A stretch of DNA of 64,000 nt from Bacteriovoracaceae bacterium (GTDB lineage Bacteria; Bdellovibrionota; Bacteriovoracia; Bacteriovoracales; Bacteriovoracaceae), in NCBI GenBank assembly GCA_048270185.1, contig JBLWTJ010000001.1:992001-1056000 (forward strand). Direction: 5' to 3'. Positions 26,857 to 37,089 of this stretch are shown here, in pieces (position 1 is the stretch's first letter; each line of letters starts with the position of its first letter). Below the pieces are notes generated by a model. That model had not been told where the DNA came from. It was given only the letters and a program-made list of their open reading frames with translations, and made no database searches. A program made the position numbers and the translations under genes.

Positions 26857-28553
26857 TATATCTCCTTGAGGTATTCTTTAATTTCTTTGGCACTTCCAAG
26901 TGATAAAACACACGAAGTAATTTCATCACACTTACTCTTATTTAATTCATTGATAATTTTCTTTGTCTTTAAAACATGCATTGGACTCATACTTAATTTA
27001 TCCACACCACTCCCAATAAAGAAACTTAGAAGTTCTGGGATATGGGCCATTGATCCACAAATTGAAACACCTATCCCATTTTCCTTGGCATTTTTTGCAA
27101 CCAGATTTATTAATCTAAGAACACCTGGGTTAAAAGGATCGTATAGTTTTTCAACTTTAGGATTAATACGATCAACAGCGCATGAGTACTGAATTAGGTC
27201 ATTAGTTCCAAGAGAGAAGAAATCAACATGCTTTGCTAGAACATCTGAAATGATTGCAGCAGAAGGAACTTCGATCATCATACCAATTTTGATATTTGAC
27301 GATACTTCAACTCCTTCACTTACTAATTCATTCTTACACTCTTCAACAAAACTTTTTGCTTCCACTAGCTCTTCTAATGAAGAAATCATTGGAAACATAA
27401 TCCCCATCTTTCCATAAGTACTTGCTCTTAAAAGGGCACGAATTTGAGTCCTAAACAACTCGCGATCTTGTAGACAAATACGAATGGCACGATAGCCTAA
27501 GAATGGATTATCTTCCGCATCGATCTTTAAGTACGGAAGACTCTTATCTCCACCGATATCTAAAGTTCTGATGATACATTCTTTGTCACCTAAGCGGCTG
27601 AGGATTCTCTTATACTCTTTAAACTGTTCATCTTCTGTTGGCATCGTATCTCGATCCATATACAGAAATTCAGTCCGATAAAGTCCTACAGAATCGGCAT
27701 CATTGCGCTCAAAAGAGTCAAGATCGTGATATGTTCCAATATTTCCAGCAAGACTAATCTCGTGACCGTCTGTTGTTTTTGCAGGCAGCCCCTTAAGTTT
27801 TTCTAACTCGGCGAGTGCGTTTCTTTGCTCACCTAATTGAGTCTCAAATCGCACAATATCGTCTTGAGTAGGGTTAACGATAACTTCACCTGTCTCACCA
27901 TCAAATGCAATCATATCACCGTCAATACAATTTTCAGTAATATTCTTAAGTCCGACAACGGCCGGGATCTCAAGAGTTCTTGCCATGATGGCCGAGTGAG
28001 AAGTCTTCCCACCAATATTTGTTAAAAATCCTAGAACATAGTTCTTATTCATCATTGCTGTTTCTGATGGAGTTAAATCATTAGCAACAAGAATCACCTC
28101 TTCATCTAAGAGAGAGAGATCAATAGTTTTCTTACCTACTAAATGATTTTCAACACGTCTGAAAACATCTTTTAAGTCAGCGGCGCGCTCACGCATATAC
28201 TCATCACCCATTGATTCAAAAAGAGTCACAAACTCAGTTACAACTTGGCTTAGGCACCACGCTGCATTTAATTGATCGCGCTCGATTTGATTCGTCGTCT
28301 TCTTATAGACTTCTGGGTCGTCTAGGATCATCAGGTGAGCATCGAAGATAGCGGCCTTACCTTCCCCTAGATTTTCAAGACTAGCATCACGAATTTTTGA
28401 GATCTCCTGGCGAGATATTGCCATAGCAGCATCAAGCTTTTTAATCTCAGCGGTAACGTCAGTAATACTTGCACGTGAGATTTCTATTTTAGAATCATCT
28501 ATCTTTAGCACACGGCCAATAGCGATTCCAGGAGAGGCTTTAATTCCTTTCAT
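26856..28553 (-). CDS. ptsI: PTS enzyme I
   Basis: GGKTSHSAI phospho-His, GLYRTEFL, NPFLGYRAIR, GTNDL. Confidence 0.97.
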   Translation of the reverse strand: MKGIKASPGIAIGRVLKIDDSKIEISRASITDVTAEIKKLDAAMAISRQEISKIRDASLENLGEGKAAIFDAHLMILDDPEVYKKTTNQIERDQLNAAWCLSQVVTEFVTLFESMGDEYMRERAADLKDVFRRVENHLVGKKTIDLSLLDEEVILVANDLTPSETAMMNKNYVLGFLTNIGGKTSHSAIMARTLEIPAVVGLKNITENCIDGDMIAFDGETGEVIVNPTQDDIVRFETQLGEQRNALAELEKLKGLPAKTTDGHEISLAGNIGTYHDLDSFERNDADSVGLYRTEFLYMDRDTMPTEDEQFKEYKRILSRLGDKECIIRTLDIGGDKSLPYLKIDAEDNPFLGYRAIRICLQDRELFRTQIRALLRASTYGKMGIMFPMISSLEELVEAKSFVEECKNELVSEGVEVSSNIKIGMMIEVPSAAIISDVLAKHVDFFSLGTNDLIQYSCAVDRINPKVEKLYDPFNPGVLRLINLVAKNAKENGIGVSICGSMAHIPELLSFFIGSGVDKLSMSPMHVLKTKKIINELNKSKCDEITSCVLSLGSAKEIKEYLKEI

Positions 28554-28561
28554 ACAAGGAC

Positions 28562-28822
28562 CTAAAGTTCGAATTTATTATTTACTAATGTACTAAGACG
28601 ATCAATTGCATTTTGCTCATCAGAACCATTAGCTGTAATCGTTATCACAGAATCTTTAGTTAGACCTAGCCCCATAAGACTCATGATTGATTTAGCATTA
28701 ACTTCATTACCATTTGCAATGATATTAATATCTGATTCAAATTCATTTGCTGTTTTCACAAAGCTTGCAGCAGGTCTTGCGTGTAGGCCTTCTTCATTTT
28801 TGATCGTAACTTCAATTTGCAT
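28562..28822 (-). CDS. ptsH: PTS phosphocarrier HPr
   Basis: GLHARPA and NAKSIM. Confidence 0.97.
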   Translation of the reverse strand: MQIEVTIKNEEGLHARPAASFVKTANEFESDINIIANGNEVNAKSIMSLMGLGLTKDSVITITANGSDEQNAIDRLSTLVNNKFEL

Positions 28823-28831
28823 ATAAACTCC

Positions 28832-30763
28832 CTATTGTTTAAAATTTAAATTTAAAATTTCATCAGTATTTGAAACAGCTCCTGACTTTAAGAAAGTCAG
28901 ATCACTAATTTTATCCATATTTGTTATCACAACAGGTGTGATTGTACTCTTTGCTCTTTCTTTCACAAGATCGAGATCGAACTCGATAAGAATGTCGCCT
29001 TTTTTGACGCTATCACCGGCCGCAACCTTGCCTGTGAAACCTTCTCCTTTCATCTTCACAGTATCAATTCCTACGTGAACAAGAACTTCAGCACCGCTTT
29101 CAGCAATAATCCCTACTGCGTGATTTGTGTGGAAAATTTGAGCAACCTTTCCATCAACAGGTGAATAGACAACACCTTCTGTTGGATCAATAGCAAAGCC
29201 ATCACCAACTAACTTTCCTGAAAAAGTCGGATCAGGAACATCGGCAATTGAAATAAATTGTCCTTTAAGTGGCGAGTAAATTCCATTTGTATGAACTTTC
29301 TCAATTACAGGAGCGGCCTTAGCAAGAGAGAGGATTTCTTCTTTTAATTGTTCTGACTCCGTTCCATAAATAATTTGCACATTATTTCCTGATTTCATAA
29401 TTCCGCGAGAACCTGTCTTCTTTAAAGCTTCTTCACTGACCATATCAGGATTTACAGCAACTAATCTTAGACGAGTAATACAAGCGTCTAGGTTTTTAAT
29501 ATTACTTGCTCCACCAATCGCGGCAAGGATTTCAATGGCCTTATCTGTTGCTGAGATATTCGCATCAACTTCCACAAGGTCTTCATCTTCACGTCCAGGT
29601 GTTTTAAAATCGAAAATTGGAATTAGTGTATAGAAAACACCGAAGTATAGAACCGCAATAATTGGTCCAACGACAAGCCATAAGTAGAAACTATTTTGCT
29701 GATTGAAGTAACCAACAACAAAATCAATTAAAGATGCCGAGAATGTATATCCTAAGTGAATATCAAAATGATTTGTCAGAAGCCCCGAAATAAATGCACC
29801 ACAAACGTGGAATCCATAAAGAAGTGGAGCAACAAAGATAAAGGCAAACTCAAGAGGCTCTGTAATCCCAGTTAAGATTGAAGTCAGGGCCGCTGTAAAC
29901 ATGATCCCACCAATCGCAGTTCGCTTTGCCTTTGGCGCTCTAAGAGTCATAGCAAGGGCCGCGGCCGGAAGTCCGAAGAGCATAATTGGGAACTCACTGG
30001 CCATAATTTTACCAGCAGTTGGATCTCCCGCGAAGTAACGAACAGACTCTCCGTGAATTGTCTTACCTGCTTCTGTAACGAATGAACCAAATTCATAAAG
30101 AAACGGTGGATAGTAAACGTGGTGTAGACCAACCGGAATAAGAAGTCTCTTTCCTGCAGCATAGAAAGCTGGGCCATACTCTGAGGCCATCACTCTCACA
30201 CCAAAATCATGAATAACTTGTTGGATTGGTGGCCATATATAACCAAGAACAATTCCAGCAATAACTGCAGTTGCTGCTGTTAATATTGGCACTAGCCTCT
30301 TTCCGGCAAAGAATCCTAAGAATCTTGGAAGTGTTGTTTGATAGAATTTATTATAGAGATAGGCCGACAGAAGACCAATGATAATCCCGCCAAATACCCC
30401 TGTGTTGATAGCAAGTTCAAGATTTTGAACTTCACCAATCACTTTTAAAACATTGATAAGAGTGAAATATCCAACGGCCGATGCAAGACCTGCAACACCT
30501 GCTCCACCAGTGAAGCCAATGGCAACACCAATTGCAAAAACAAGTGGAAGTTGTTCGAAGATAGCTAGTCCACCACTATAAAATAATTTTCCAATACTCA
30601 TTAGAGCAACACTTGTCACAACACCTTCTGTTGTGGCCGAATCTTGAAGAACACGTCCTAAGGCAACAAGTAGACCTGCCGCTGGCAATACTGAAACTGG
30701 AACCATTAGTGATTTTGCAAGTCTTTGCAAAACAGTGAAGACTGAGTTTGTTATTTCTTTCAA
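28832..30763 (-). CDS. ptsG: PTS glucose-family EIICBA
   Basis: EIIC (GLHH, TGITEPLEF), EIIB DACITRLR, EIIA GDGFA and HVGIDTV. TTG start after GAGGG. Confidence 0.92.
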   Translation of the reverse strand: MKEITNSVFTVLQRLAKSLMVPVSVLPAAGLLVALGRVLQDSATTEGVVTSVALMSIGKLFYSGGLAIFEQLPLVFAIGVAIGFTGGAGVAGLASAVGYFTLINVLKVIGEVQNLELAINTGVFGGIIIGLLSAYLYNKFYQTTLPRFLGFFAGKRLVPILTAATAVIAGIVLGYIWPPIQQVIHDFGVRVMASEYGPAFYAAGKRLLIPVGLHHVYYPPFLYEFGSFVTEAGKTIHGESVRYFAGDPTAGKIMASEFPIMLFGLPAAALAMTLRAPKAKRTAIGGIMFTAALTSILTGITEPLEFAFIFVAPLLYGFHVCGAFISGLLTNHFDIHLGYTFSASLIDFVVGYFNQQNSFYLWLVVGPIIAVLYFGVFYTLIPIFDFKTPGREDEDLVEVDANISATDKAIEILAAIGGASNIKNLDACITRLRLVAVNPDMVSEEALKKTGSRGIMKSGNNVQIIYGTESEQLKEEILSLAKAAPVIEKVHTNGIYSPLKGQFISIADVPDPTFSGKLVGDGFAIDPTEGVVYSPVDGKVAQIFHTNHAVGIIAESGAEVLVHVGIDTVKMKGEGFTGKVAAGDSVKKGDILIEFDLDLVKERAKSTITPVVITNMDKISDLTFLKSGAVSNTDEILNLNFKQ

Positions 30764-30909
30764 TTGTCCCTCTCAACGTTAAGAAAATATATTTAATTGT
30801 GTTTGAGGGATTAAACAACACTTAGTGTTATCAGGCTAGACACGCAGCAATGCAATCAGCATGATTATTCATTAAATTTCAGACAGTTACAAACCAACAG
30901 ACAAAAAAG

Positions 30910-31992
30910 TCAGATATTTAACTTCTCGTAGAGGCCATAGAGGAAAGGAACCACTTCAATACCGATTAAAATGATAATAATGATCTCCATCCAATGACTA
31001 CGACGATTGTTAAGTTCGGCCATATACATTTGAGAAATATCGAGTAAGTTTTTAAGTTTTTGGTCAACTAAAGACTGCCACTCAGAAACCTGAAGTCTTT
31101 TGAGGCAAATTCTGAAAAGTCTGGCGTAGTAAATATCACCAATCACTTTAACTGAGTTTTCAATTCGATCAACTAACTCACTGGTTTCAAAGTAAAGCTG
31201 ACTGGCATCCTTTGCTAAAATTGAGATCTTACTAAATACAGAGGGGCTTTTTTCAACAACCTTTCGATAAAGCCCAGAGAGTTTCTTATCAAGAAGATCA
31301 TCAAAGAAGCGAAGTTCTAAGAGCTGAATATTGGCAAACTCAATTACATCACAAATATCTTGAGCATCTTCACTACTATAGACAAAGGCATTATCCCAAT
31401 CAATAACGACCACATCATTGTCACTATAAGATATACAACACTCTTTAACCGGAGCTAGCATGGCCTCACTCAATTGGCTTTCTTTTTCCATGGCCAATAA
31501 GTGAAATACAAAATCATCTTTAAGCCAAAAATCTTTTTCTTTAATATCGCTAGAAGCAAGAAAAATACTATATTCCTCTGATTGTTCCCAAACTTTAGGA
31601 TTAATGAGTGTTTTACCAAGGTTTTCAATAAAGAAACTGATTCGATTACGACAGAATTGTTCGACGGCTTCACCTTGAGACCAGCCTTCAACCCAAGAGA
31701 TAATCTCTTTCTGATCATTGAAACTTGGAGCATCAATATCAAGGCAAAAAGACAATGCCCCATAACTCCAAATCTTTACAGTGACATTAATTGGTGTATT
31801 TTCAAGAGTGTGGCTTCCAAGATAGATCACAAGTGGAGGATCATTAAAGAGCATATTCTTGGAAGGTTTATTAAGGCTAAACTTCTTTAATAGAGCGTGA
31901 TCCTTGAGTTTCTCATAGGCTTCATCGAGTAAAACCTCGTGAGCAACATCATATATGCGATAGACTTTTAAAACACCTAACTTGCCACTCAT
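30910..31992 (-). CDS. RMD1/DUF155 family protein
   Basis: EFANIQLLELRFFD, D.YYARL, C-terminal E.IIIILI..E TM helix. Confidence 0.75.
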   Translation of the reverse strand: MSGKLGVLKVYRIYDVAHEVLLDEAYEKLKDHALLKKFSLNKPSKNMLFNDPPLVIYLGSHTLENTPINVTVKIWSYGALSFCLDIDAPSFNDQKEIISWVEGWSQGEAVEQFCRNRISFFIENLGKTLINPKVWEQSEEYSIFLASSDIKEKDFWLKDDFVFHLLAMEKESQLSEAMLAPVKECCISYSDNDVVVIDWDNAFVYSSEDAQDICDVIEFANIQLLELRFFDDLLDKKLSGLYRKVVEKSPSVFSKISILAKDASQLYFETSELVDRIENSVKVIGDIYYARLFRICLKRLQVSEWQSLVDQKLKNLLDISQMYMAELNNRRSHWMEIIIIILIGIEVVPFLYGLYEKLNI

Positions 31993-32012
31993 ACTTCACC
32001 TGTGAAAAGGAT

Positions 32013-32810
32013 TTAAGTTGTCTTTAATTTTCTAACTAAAATCTTAAAGAGCCAAGGTAAATATTTAGATAAAATGATGCCCATCTTTTCTTTAAGGCCT
32101 ACAATATGAAACTCATCATCTTGGGCAATAATATGGTCAACATATTGACGAGCAAAAACGTCAGGATCGATTCCCGCATTAGTGGCTTCATCCATCGTCC
32201 CCTGCTTAGAGCCATCTGCCGTTAGGGCATTTATTGAGACATTGGTACGGACATATCCAGGACAACAAATTCCTATTTTTATTCCATAGTCATAAACCTC
32301 AGCTCTTAGGGCATCAAAGAATCCGTGTATTGCATGTTTTGAAGCTGAATAACTAGCTCGTCCAGGAACTCCATAGAGTCCTACAACAGAAGAAGTTGTT
32401 ACAATTTGTCCAGAACGTTTACTTGTGAAGTGAGGAAGAAGTGCCTTTGTTAGGCCAACTGTTCCAAGGTAGTTAATTTCCATTAACTTCTTATCAACAT
32501 CTAGTCCTGTTTCAAGAGAAGAAGATCTTTGCGAGACTCCTCCATTATTAACAAGAATATCAATGCCACCAAAGGCTTTCATTGCCTCATCGACTTTAGT
32601 ATTAAAGCTATCGTAAATAGATAGATCAAGAGTTAAGACATAGGCCTTATCGGGGTGAGTAAGCTTCCCCTTGACTTCTTTAAGAGCAATCTCATTTCGC
32701 GCCGAAAGAATAAGACGTGCTCCTCTTTTTGAAAATTCATAAGCAAGAGCTTCACCAATTCCACTTGAGGCTCCAGTAATCCATACAATTTTATCTTCTA
32801 TCTTGTTCAT
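32013..32810 (-). CDS. Short-chain dehydrogenase/reductase (DHRS7-like)
   Basis: WITGASSGIG, NNGGVSQRS, YSASK. Confidence 0.93.
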   Translation of the reverse strand: MNKIEDKIVWITGASSGIGEALAYEFSKRGARLILSARNEIALKEVKGKLTHPDKAYVLTLDLSIYDSFNTKVDEAMKAFGGIDILVNNGGVSQRSSSLETGLDVDKKLMEINYLGTVGLTKALLPHFTSKRSGQIVTTSSVVGLYGVPGRASYSASKHAIHGFFDALRAEVYDYGIKIGICCPGYVRTNVSINALTADGSKQGTMDEATNAGIDPDVFARQYVDHIIAQDDEFHIVGLKEKMGIILSKYLPWLFKILVRKLKTT

Positions 32811-32816
32811 AGATTA

Positions 32817-32845
32817 ATGCTAAGTTTAATTTTGTGAAATTTCAA
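32817..32845 (-). promoter_or_regulatory. sigma70 promoter predicting a leaderless SDR mRNA
   Basis: TTGAAA-N17-TAGCAT-N6-ATG, no SD. Confidence 0.65.
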
Positions 32846-32901
32846 GGTAAGTATCGTGACAAGTATCATGGCAAGCACCAAGGGAAACTCTCCGTGAATC
32901 C

Positions 32902-34818
32902 TTATTCATTTGCCGTCTTTTTCAATTCTAAAACGACATCTCGATCGAGATCTTTAATCTTCTCAAACTTCAGTCCCATTTTCTTTAAAATAATACCATA
33001 AAGTCTTTCATGCTTTTTAGAAGTATAGACATAGACAGAGTCTAAGTCCTTATCCGCTTTAATTGAGGAGACTAATTGTTTTAGGAGTTCTTCACTAAGT
33101 TTTCGGTCCCCTAAATTTTCATCAACACTAAAGCGCACGGCCTCAGCAACTCTTCGGCCCTTCTTCCTTTCAACCACAACTCCCGTTGCCTTCTCAAATG
33201 GCATCGCTTCTTTTGTGGATTTAGATGAGACAAGGGCAAGCCCTCCCCGAATATTTTGAGGCTTATTTTTTTGTGTTGATACAAGTAAGACAGTACGATC
33301 TTCCATTGCCTTACTACTCTTAATAAAATTTGAAATTTCTTCGTCACTAAGATTTAGTCTCTTGCGATAGGTATCAGCAACAAAATTCCAATAATCATCA
33401 CTTAGCTTTGCTGCCTTTTTATCAGAATTCTTTAAATTGATTGCATAGTAATCCCCTTTATCAAGTTGGACTTTATAACCATGGCCCCCATTATTGAGAC
33501 ATTTAGATGATAAACAAAAATTGAGTTCTTCTAAGTCCTTGACTGAAGTAATAGGATCTTTAAGTGTTGCTTTCTTGGCGGTACTAACAGACTTAACAAC
33601 TGAGCCAATAGATGAAAATCCTACCCACGCAGACTCTGCAGCAAAGAGAAGAATATCATCACGATACTCTTGGCCACATTCAATATACTTTTGATAATAA
33701 CCTTGTTCTTTGGAGAGGATGAAATTATCAAGTAAAGCTTCACATTCTTTACTCTTTAATGGAAGTTCGATGGCCTCTTTTGCATAATAAGCTTTGGCCG
33801 AAAGACTTGCTGAACTTTGAGTTATTTTAGAAAATAACTCTTTTCGCATTCCCCACTTTGCGATACCAGCACTTCGAAGTCCCCAGACCCCTAACCTAAA
33901 AGCAGGGCCTGTAACAAGTGGAACAACAATAAATCCTGCTTCGATTGCTATATCTTTTATTTCTTCACTTTCAATATAATCTTTATTCTTTTGATAGAGA
34001 TGACAAGCTAATTTACCTGTCTCAGGATTACTTACCTCACTCGACCAATCAATTTCATTTAAGAGCTCATTAGTCACGTCATCAATTTTAATCCCACTTC
34101 CAAGAGCCTCTAAGAAATTTTTAAGCCGGCTCTCTCTTAATTCATTCGTACGTGAATTATTTGAGTAATTGAAATCACTTTCTTCTTGAATGAAGCGTGC
34201 CTTAATTTCCGATACTTTATCTTGAGCAGCACTTAAGTAATCAGAATATGTATTTACAAGTGATTGCTTGAATACTTTTTGATTATAAGAATCAGTTAAA
34301 ATTATCCCCTCTATATCTGGCCCTGCAAGGACAGGCCTTTTTGATAAGAGAAGTAATTTTAATTTCTGCAGTTGCTGAAGCTTCTCTTCAAGATCCACTC
34401 GCATCTTTGGAGTACAAACTCTGAAACATTGATTTAATTTATTTGAAGTAGTCTCTAGTTCTTTTGCGACAATACGTAATTGTTCAAAGTCTTCTTGGAT
34501 ATTATTAAATTGTTCCTCATACCACTGGCGACTTTCATGAGCTTCGACAAATCCACTACGCAAGAAACGTAACATTCCTTTATTATTATCAATTTCTGCC
34601 TGTAAGAAAGCTTTCTTCTCATTTGCTTTCTCAATAATCCAAGACCATTCACTTAAAGCGCTACTTTTTAATAAAGGAGTAGAAATTGATTTAGCTTCGA
34701 TACAGCTTAGATCTGACTCATTTTTAATTAAGTAAGCACACCTATTCTCAATTGAATCCGATGCGTGAACTTTTAAAAATAAAAGTAAAAGAAATAGAAG
34801 TCTTCCCAAAGATATCAC
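32902..34818 (-). CDS. Large exported protein with a C-terminal GNAT-fold (FeeM/LuxI-like) domain
   Basis: Signal peptide, helical N-half, central hydrophobic segments. C-terminus has GGLALV..MPFE..VAEAVRFSVD..YVYTSKKHERLY..GLKFE. Confidence 0.55.
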   Translation of the reverse strand: MISLGRLLFLLLLFLKVHASDSIENRCAYLIKNESDLSCIEAKSISTPLLKSSALSEWSWIIEKANEKKAFLQAEIDNNKGMLRFLRSGFVEAHESRQWYEEQFNNIQEDFEQLRIVAKELETTSNKLNQCFRVCTPKMRVDLEEKLQQLQKLKLLLLSKRPVLAGPDIEGIILTDSYNQKVFKQSLVNTYSDYLSAAQDKVSEIKARFIQEESDFNYSNNSRTNELRESRLKNFLEALGSGIKIDDVTNELLNEIDWSSEVSNPETGKLACHLYQKNKDYIESEEIKDIAIEAGFIVVPLVTGPAFRLGVWGLRSAGIAKWGMRKELFSKITQSSASLSAKAYYAKEAIELPLKSKECEALLDNFILSKEQGYYQKYIECGQEYRDDILLFAAESAWVGFSSIGSVVKSVSTAKKATLKDPITSVKDLEELNFCLSSKCLNNGGHGYKVQLDKGDYYAINLKNSDKKAAKLSDDYWNFVADTYRKRLNLSDEEISNFIKSSKAMEDRTVLLVSTQKNKPQNIRGGLALVSSKSTKEAMPFEKATGVVVERKKGRRVAEAVRFSVDENLGDRKLSEELLKQLVSSIKADKDLDSVYVYTSKKHERLYGIILKKMGLKFEKIKDLDRDVVLELKKTANE

Positions 34819-34825
34819 ACTAAAC

Positions 34826-34853
34826 CTATCGGCTTTTCACCCAAATATATTGA
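34826..34853 (-). promoter_or_regulatory. sigma28 (FliA)-like promoter
   Basis: TCAA-N16-GCCGATAG, 7 nt upstream of the GTG start. Confidence 0.6.
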
Positions 34854-34956
34854 GGAAAAATAAAATAAACTACTGAAATTAGATTGAGATTTTAGGCAAA
34901 GTAGAACTTAACCTTTCTTTAATCCGCAAGAAGCTAGGTTAACCGAATAGAGAGAC

Positions 34957-36129
34957 GTGGAAAATAGAATAAACCTCGACCTATTATTAGAAAATATCAA
35001 CGGTATAGCATACCGCTGCTTGAATGATGCTGAGTGGACCATGTTGTTTATCACCTCAGGAGTAGAGCGTATTACCGGCTACAAAGCATCTGATTTTATC
35101 CAGAATAAGAACTTATCTTTTGATGATATCTATCACCCTGAAGATCGAGATAGAATTTTTGAAGAGGTATCTTACGCATTAAAAGCTCATAAATCCTACA
35201 CTATCGAATATCGAGTAAAGCATAAGGCCGGGCATTATATTTATCTATGGGAGCAAGGCATTGGAATCTACGAAAACAACGAAGTCATTGCTCTTGAAGG
35301 TTATATTACAGATATAACACTTCAAAAAATGACAGAAATTGATTTAATGGAGAAAGTGAATCAACAGGCCAGTGAGCTTTTGAGACAAAGAGAAGATGAG
35401 ATTGAAAGAGCAAATTTTTTAAGAACACTAGAATTAACTAAAGCCATGGCACATGAGTTTAAAAATCCACTTACACTAACACTAAATTCCTGCAATATAA
35501 TGAAAACAGAAATAGGAAGGGATCCAATTAATCGACAAAGAATCGAGATGCTAATTTCCATCATGAAGAATGCGAATTTACGTATCAATGATATTGTTGA
35601 AACAATCGACTTAACATTTCGTTCACTTTCAAACAAAAGAGGGCTTTTTCATATTAGGGAGCTTATTGATAAGAGTTTGAATGAAGAGCTTAGGCAAGAA
35701 ATTGAAAAAGAAAATATAAGGATAAATATCGATCAAGGTATTATTCAATACTTACTAGAAATAACAGGCCAAAACTTTATTCAGTCATTAAGAAATATTT
35801 TGAGAAACTCAATAAAGGCCATTAGAGATTCTGAAAAAAAATCACAAGGAGTCATTACCATCAATGTAGATGAAGCGGAAGATGAAACACTCCACCTTGA
35901 AATTTATGATAATGGAGTTGGTATATCAAAGGAATGTATGGATATCATCACTATCCCCTTCTATTCTACATCCACAAGTAATACAAGTGGCGGCCTAGGA
36001 CTTGCAACAGCTAAGTTTCTGTTTCAACACGATAATATAGGAATAGCTTTTGAGAGTGAAAAAGACGAATGGACCAAGGTTATTCTAATAATACCTAAAA
36101 GTCGCTGGAGGCAGAATGGAAACAATTAA
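34957..36129 (+). CDS. PAS-domain sensor histidine kinase
   Basis: PAS (TGY...HPEDR..EYR), AHEFKNPL, NILRNS, DNGVG, GGLGL. Confidence 0.92.
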   Translation: MENRINLDLLLENINGIAYRCLNDAEWTMLFITSGVERITGYKASDFIQNKNLSFDDIYHPEDRDRIFEEVSYALKAHKSYTIEYRVKHKAGHYIYLWEQGIGIYENNEVIALEGYITDITLQKMTEIDLMEKVNQQASELLRQREDEIERANFLRTLELTKAMAHEFKNPLTLTLNSCNIMKTEIGRDPINRQRIEMLISIMKNANLRINDIVETIDLTFRSLSNKRGLFHIRELIDKSLNEELRQEIEKENIRINIDQGIIQYLLEITGQNFIQSLRNILRNSIKAIRDSEKKSQGVITINVDEAEDETLHLEIYDNGVGISKECMDIITIPFYSTSTSNTSGGLGLATAKFLFQHDNIGIAFESEKDEWTKVILIIPKSRWRQNGNN

Positions 36130-36502
36130 TATCCTCTTTGTAGATGATGAACCAGCACTTCTCGAATTAATTGAACTCTATTTTGAAGATGAAATCGAAG
36201 CAGGTGTCTTTCACCCATTCTTTTGTGAGTCTGCACAAGATGCTCTGAATTTGTTAGAACATAATGATGATCTAGAAATTTCAGTAGTTGTGACAGATAT
36301 TAATATGCCTAAGATGAATGGTATTGAGTTTGCTGAAAAACTTAGAAAGTTCTACCCTCAAATTGCACTCTACATGATGTCGGCCTATGGGGATCAAAGG
36401 ACACTAGATGAGATAAAGCATCTCGATGTAAAATACTATTTCAACAAACCCGTGGATTTTGATGATTTAAAAAATATTTTAATTCAAAAGAATGTAGCTT
36501 AA
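36116..36502 (+). CDS. Single-domain response regulator
   Basis: FVDDE, TDINMPKMNG, KP; overlaps the kinase stop. Confidence 0.93.
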   Translation: METINILFVDDEPALLELIELYFEDEIEAGVFHPFFCESAQDALNLLEHNDDLEISVVVTDINMPKMNGIEFAEKLRKFYPQIALYMMSAYGDQRTLDEIKHLDVKYYFNKPVDFDDLKNILIQKNVA

Positions 36503-36918
36503 AGAAAATGTACTAAAAAGCCTAGTTCCTCTCTAATTTCTTTATCTGAAATATTTAATTCATCTGCTCTTTCTAGTAGATCTTGACATCCACCTTTTTT
36601 TCCAAAGTTCTCTTCTGCACAATCTTTCATCTTACTTAGCGTTGATGATTTAAATGAATTCAAGATTTGTTCTTTAATTTCTTCATCTGTTGCACCGTAT
36701 TTCTTTGCACGATCAAGAACATCATCACAACCAAGGCCATCTATTAAATAAGCATCAACAGTTTCTGTCACTTTTGCACCATCAGATAACATCACACAGA
36801 AGTGAAGATCGGTCATAGCCGCTGCTTTCTTAACAGCTCTTCTCATACGATTTTCTGTGTTAGCAAAAGCCTGAGCTGCAAATGTTAAAAGTATAGCTAT
36901 GATAATAAACTTCTTCAT
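36499..36918 (-). CDS. Secreted hypothetical protein with an internal repeat
   Basis: Signal peptide AFA. GCDDVLDRAKKYGATDEEIKEQI resembles GCQDLLERADELNISDKEIREEL. Confidence 0.75.
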   Translation of the reverse strand: MKKFIIIAILLTFAAQAFANTENRMRRAVKKAAAMTDLHFCVMLSDGAKVTETVDAYLIDGLGCDDVLDRAKKYGATDEEIKEQILNSFKSSTLSKMKDCAEENFGKKGGCQDLLERADELNISDKEIREELGFLVHFL

Positions 36919-37089
36919 ATAGTCTCCATAAGTGTTTTGCTAAATATAACAGCTGATGGGAAACACAATAAAAGAAACTTCAAATCCGTATATCCTTTAC
37001 ATGTACAAAAAATTGACAATGATAGCTCTCAATTGGTTCGAAACTAGCATTGCTTAAAGTTTAATCCTTGCCAATATAAGTAACTGTTT

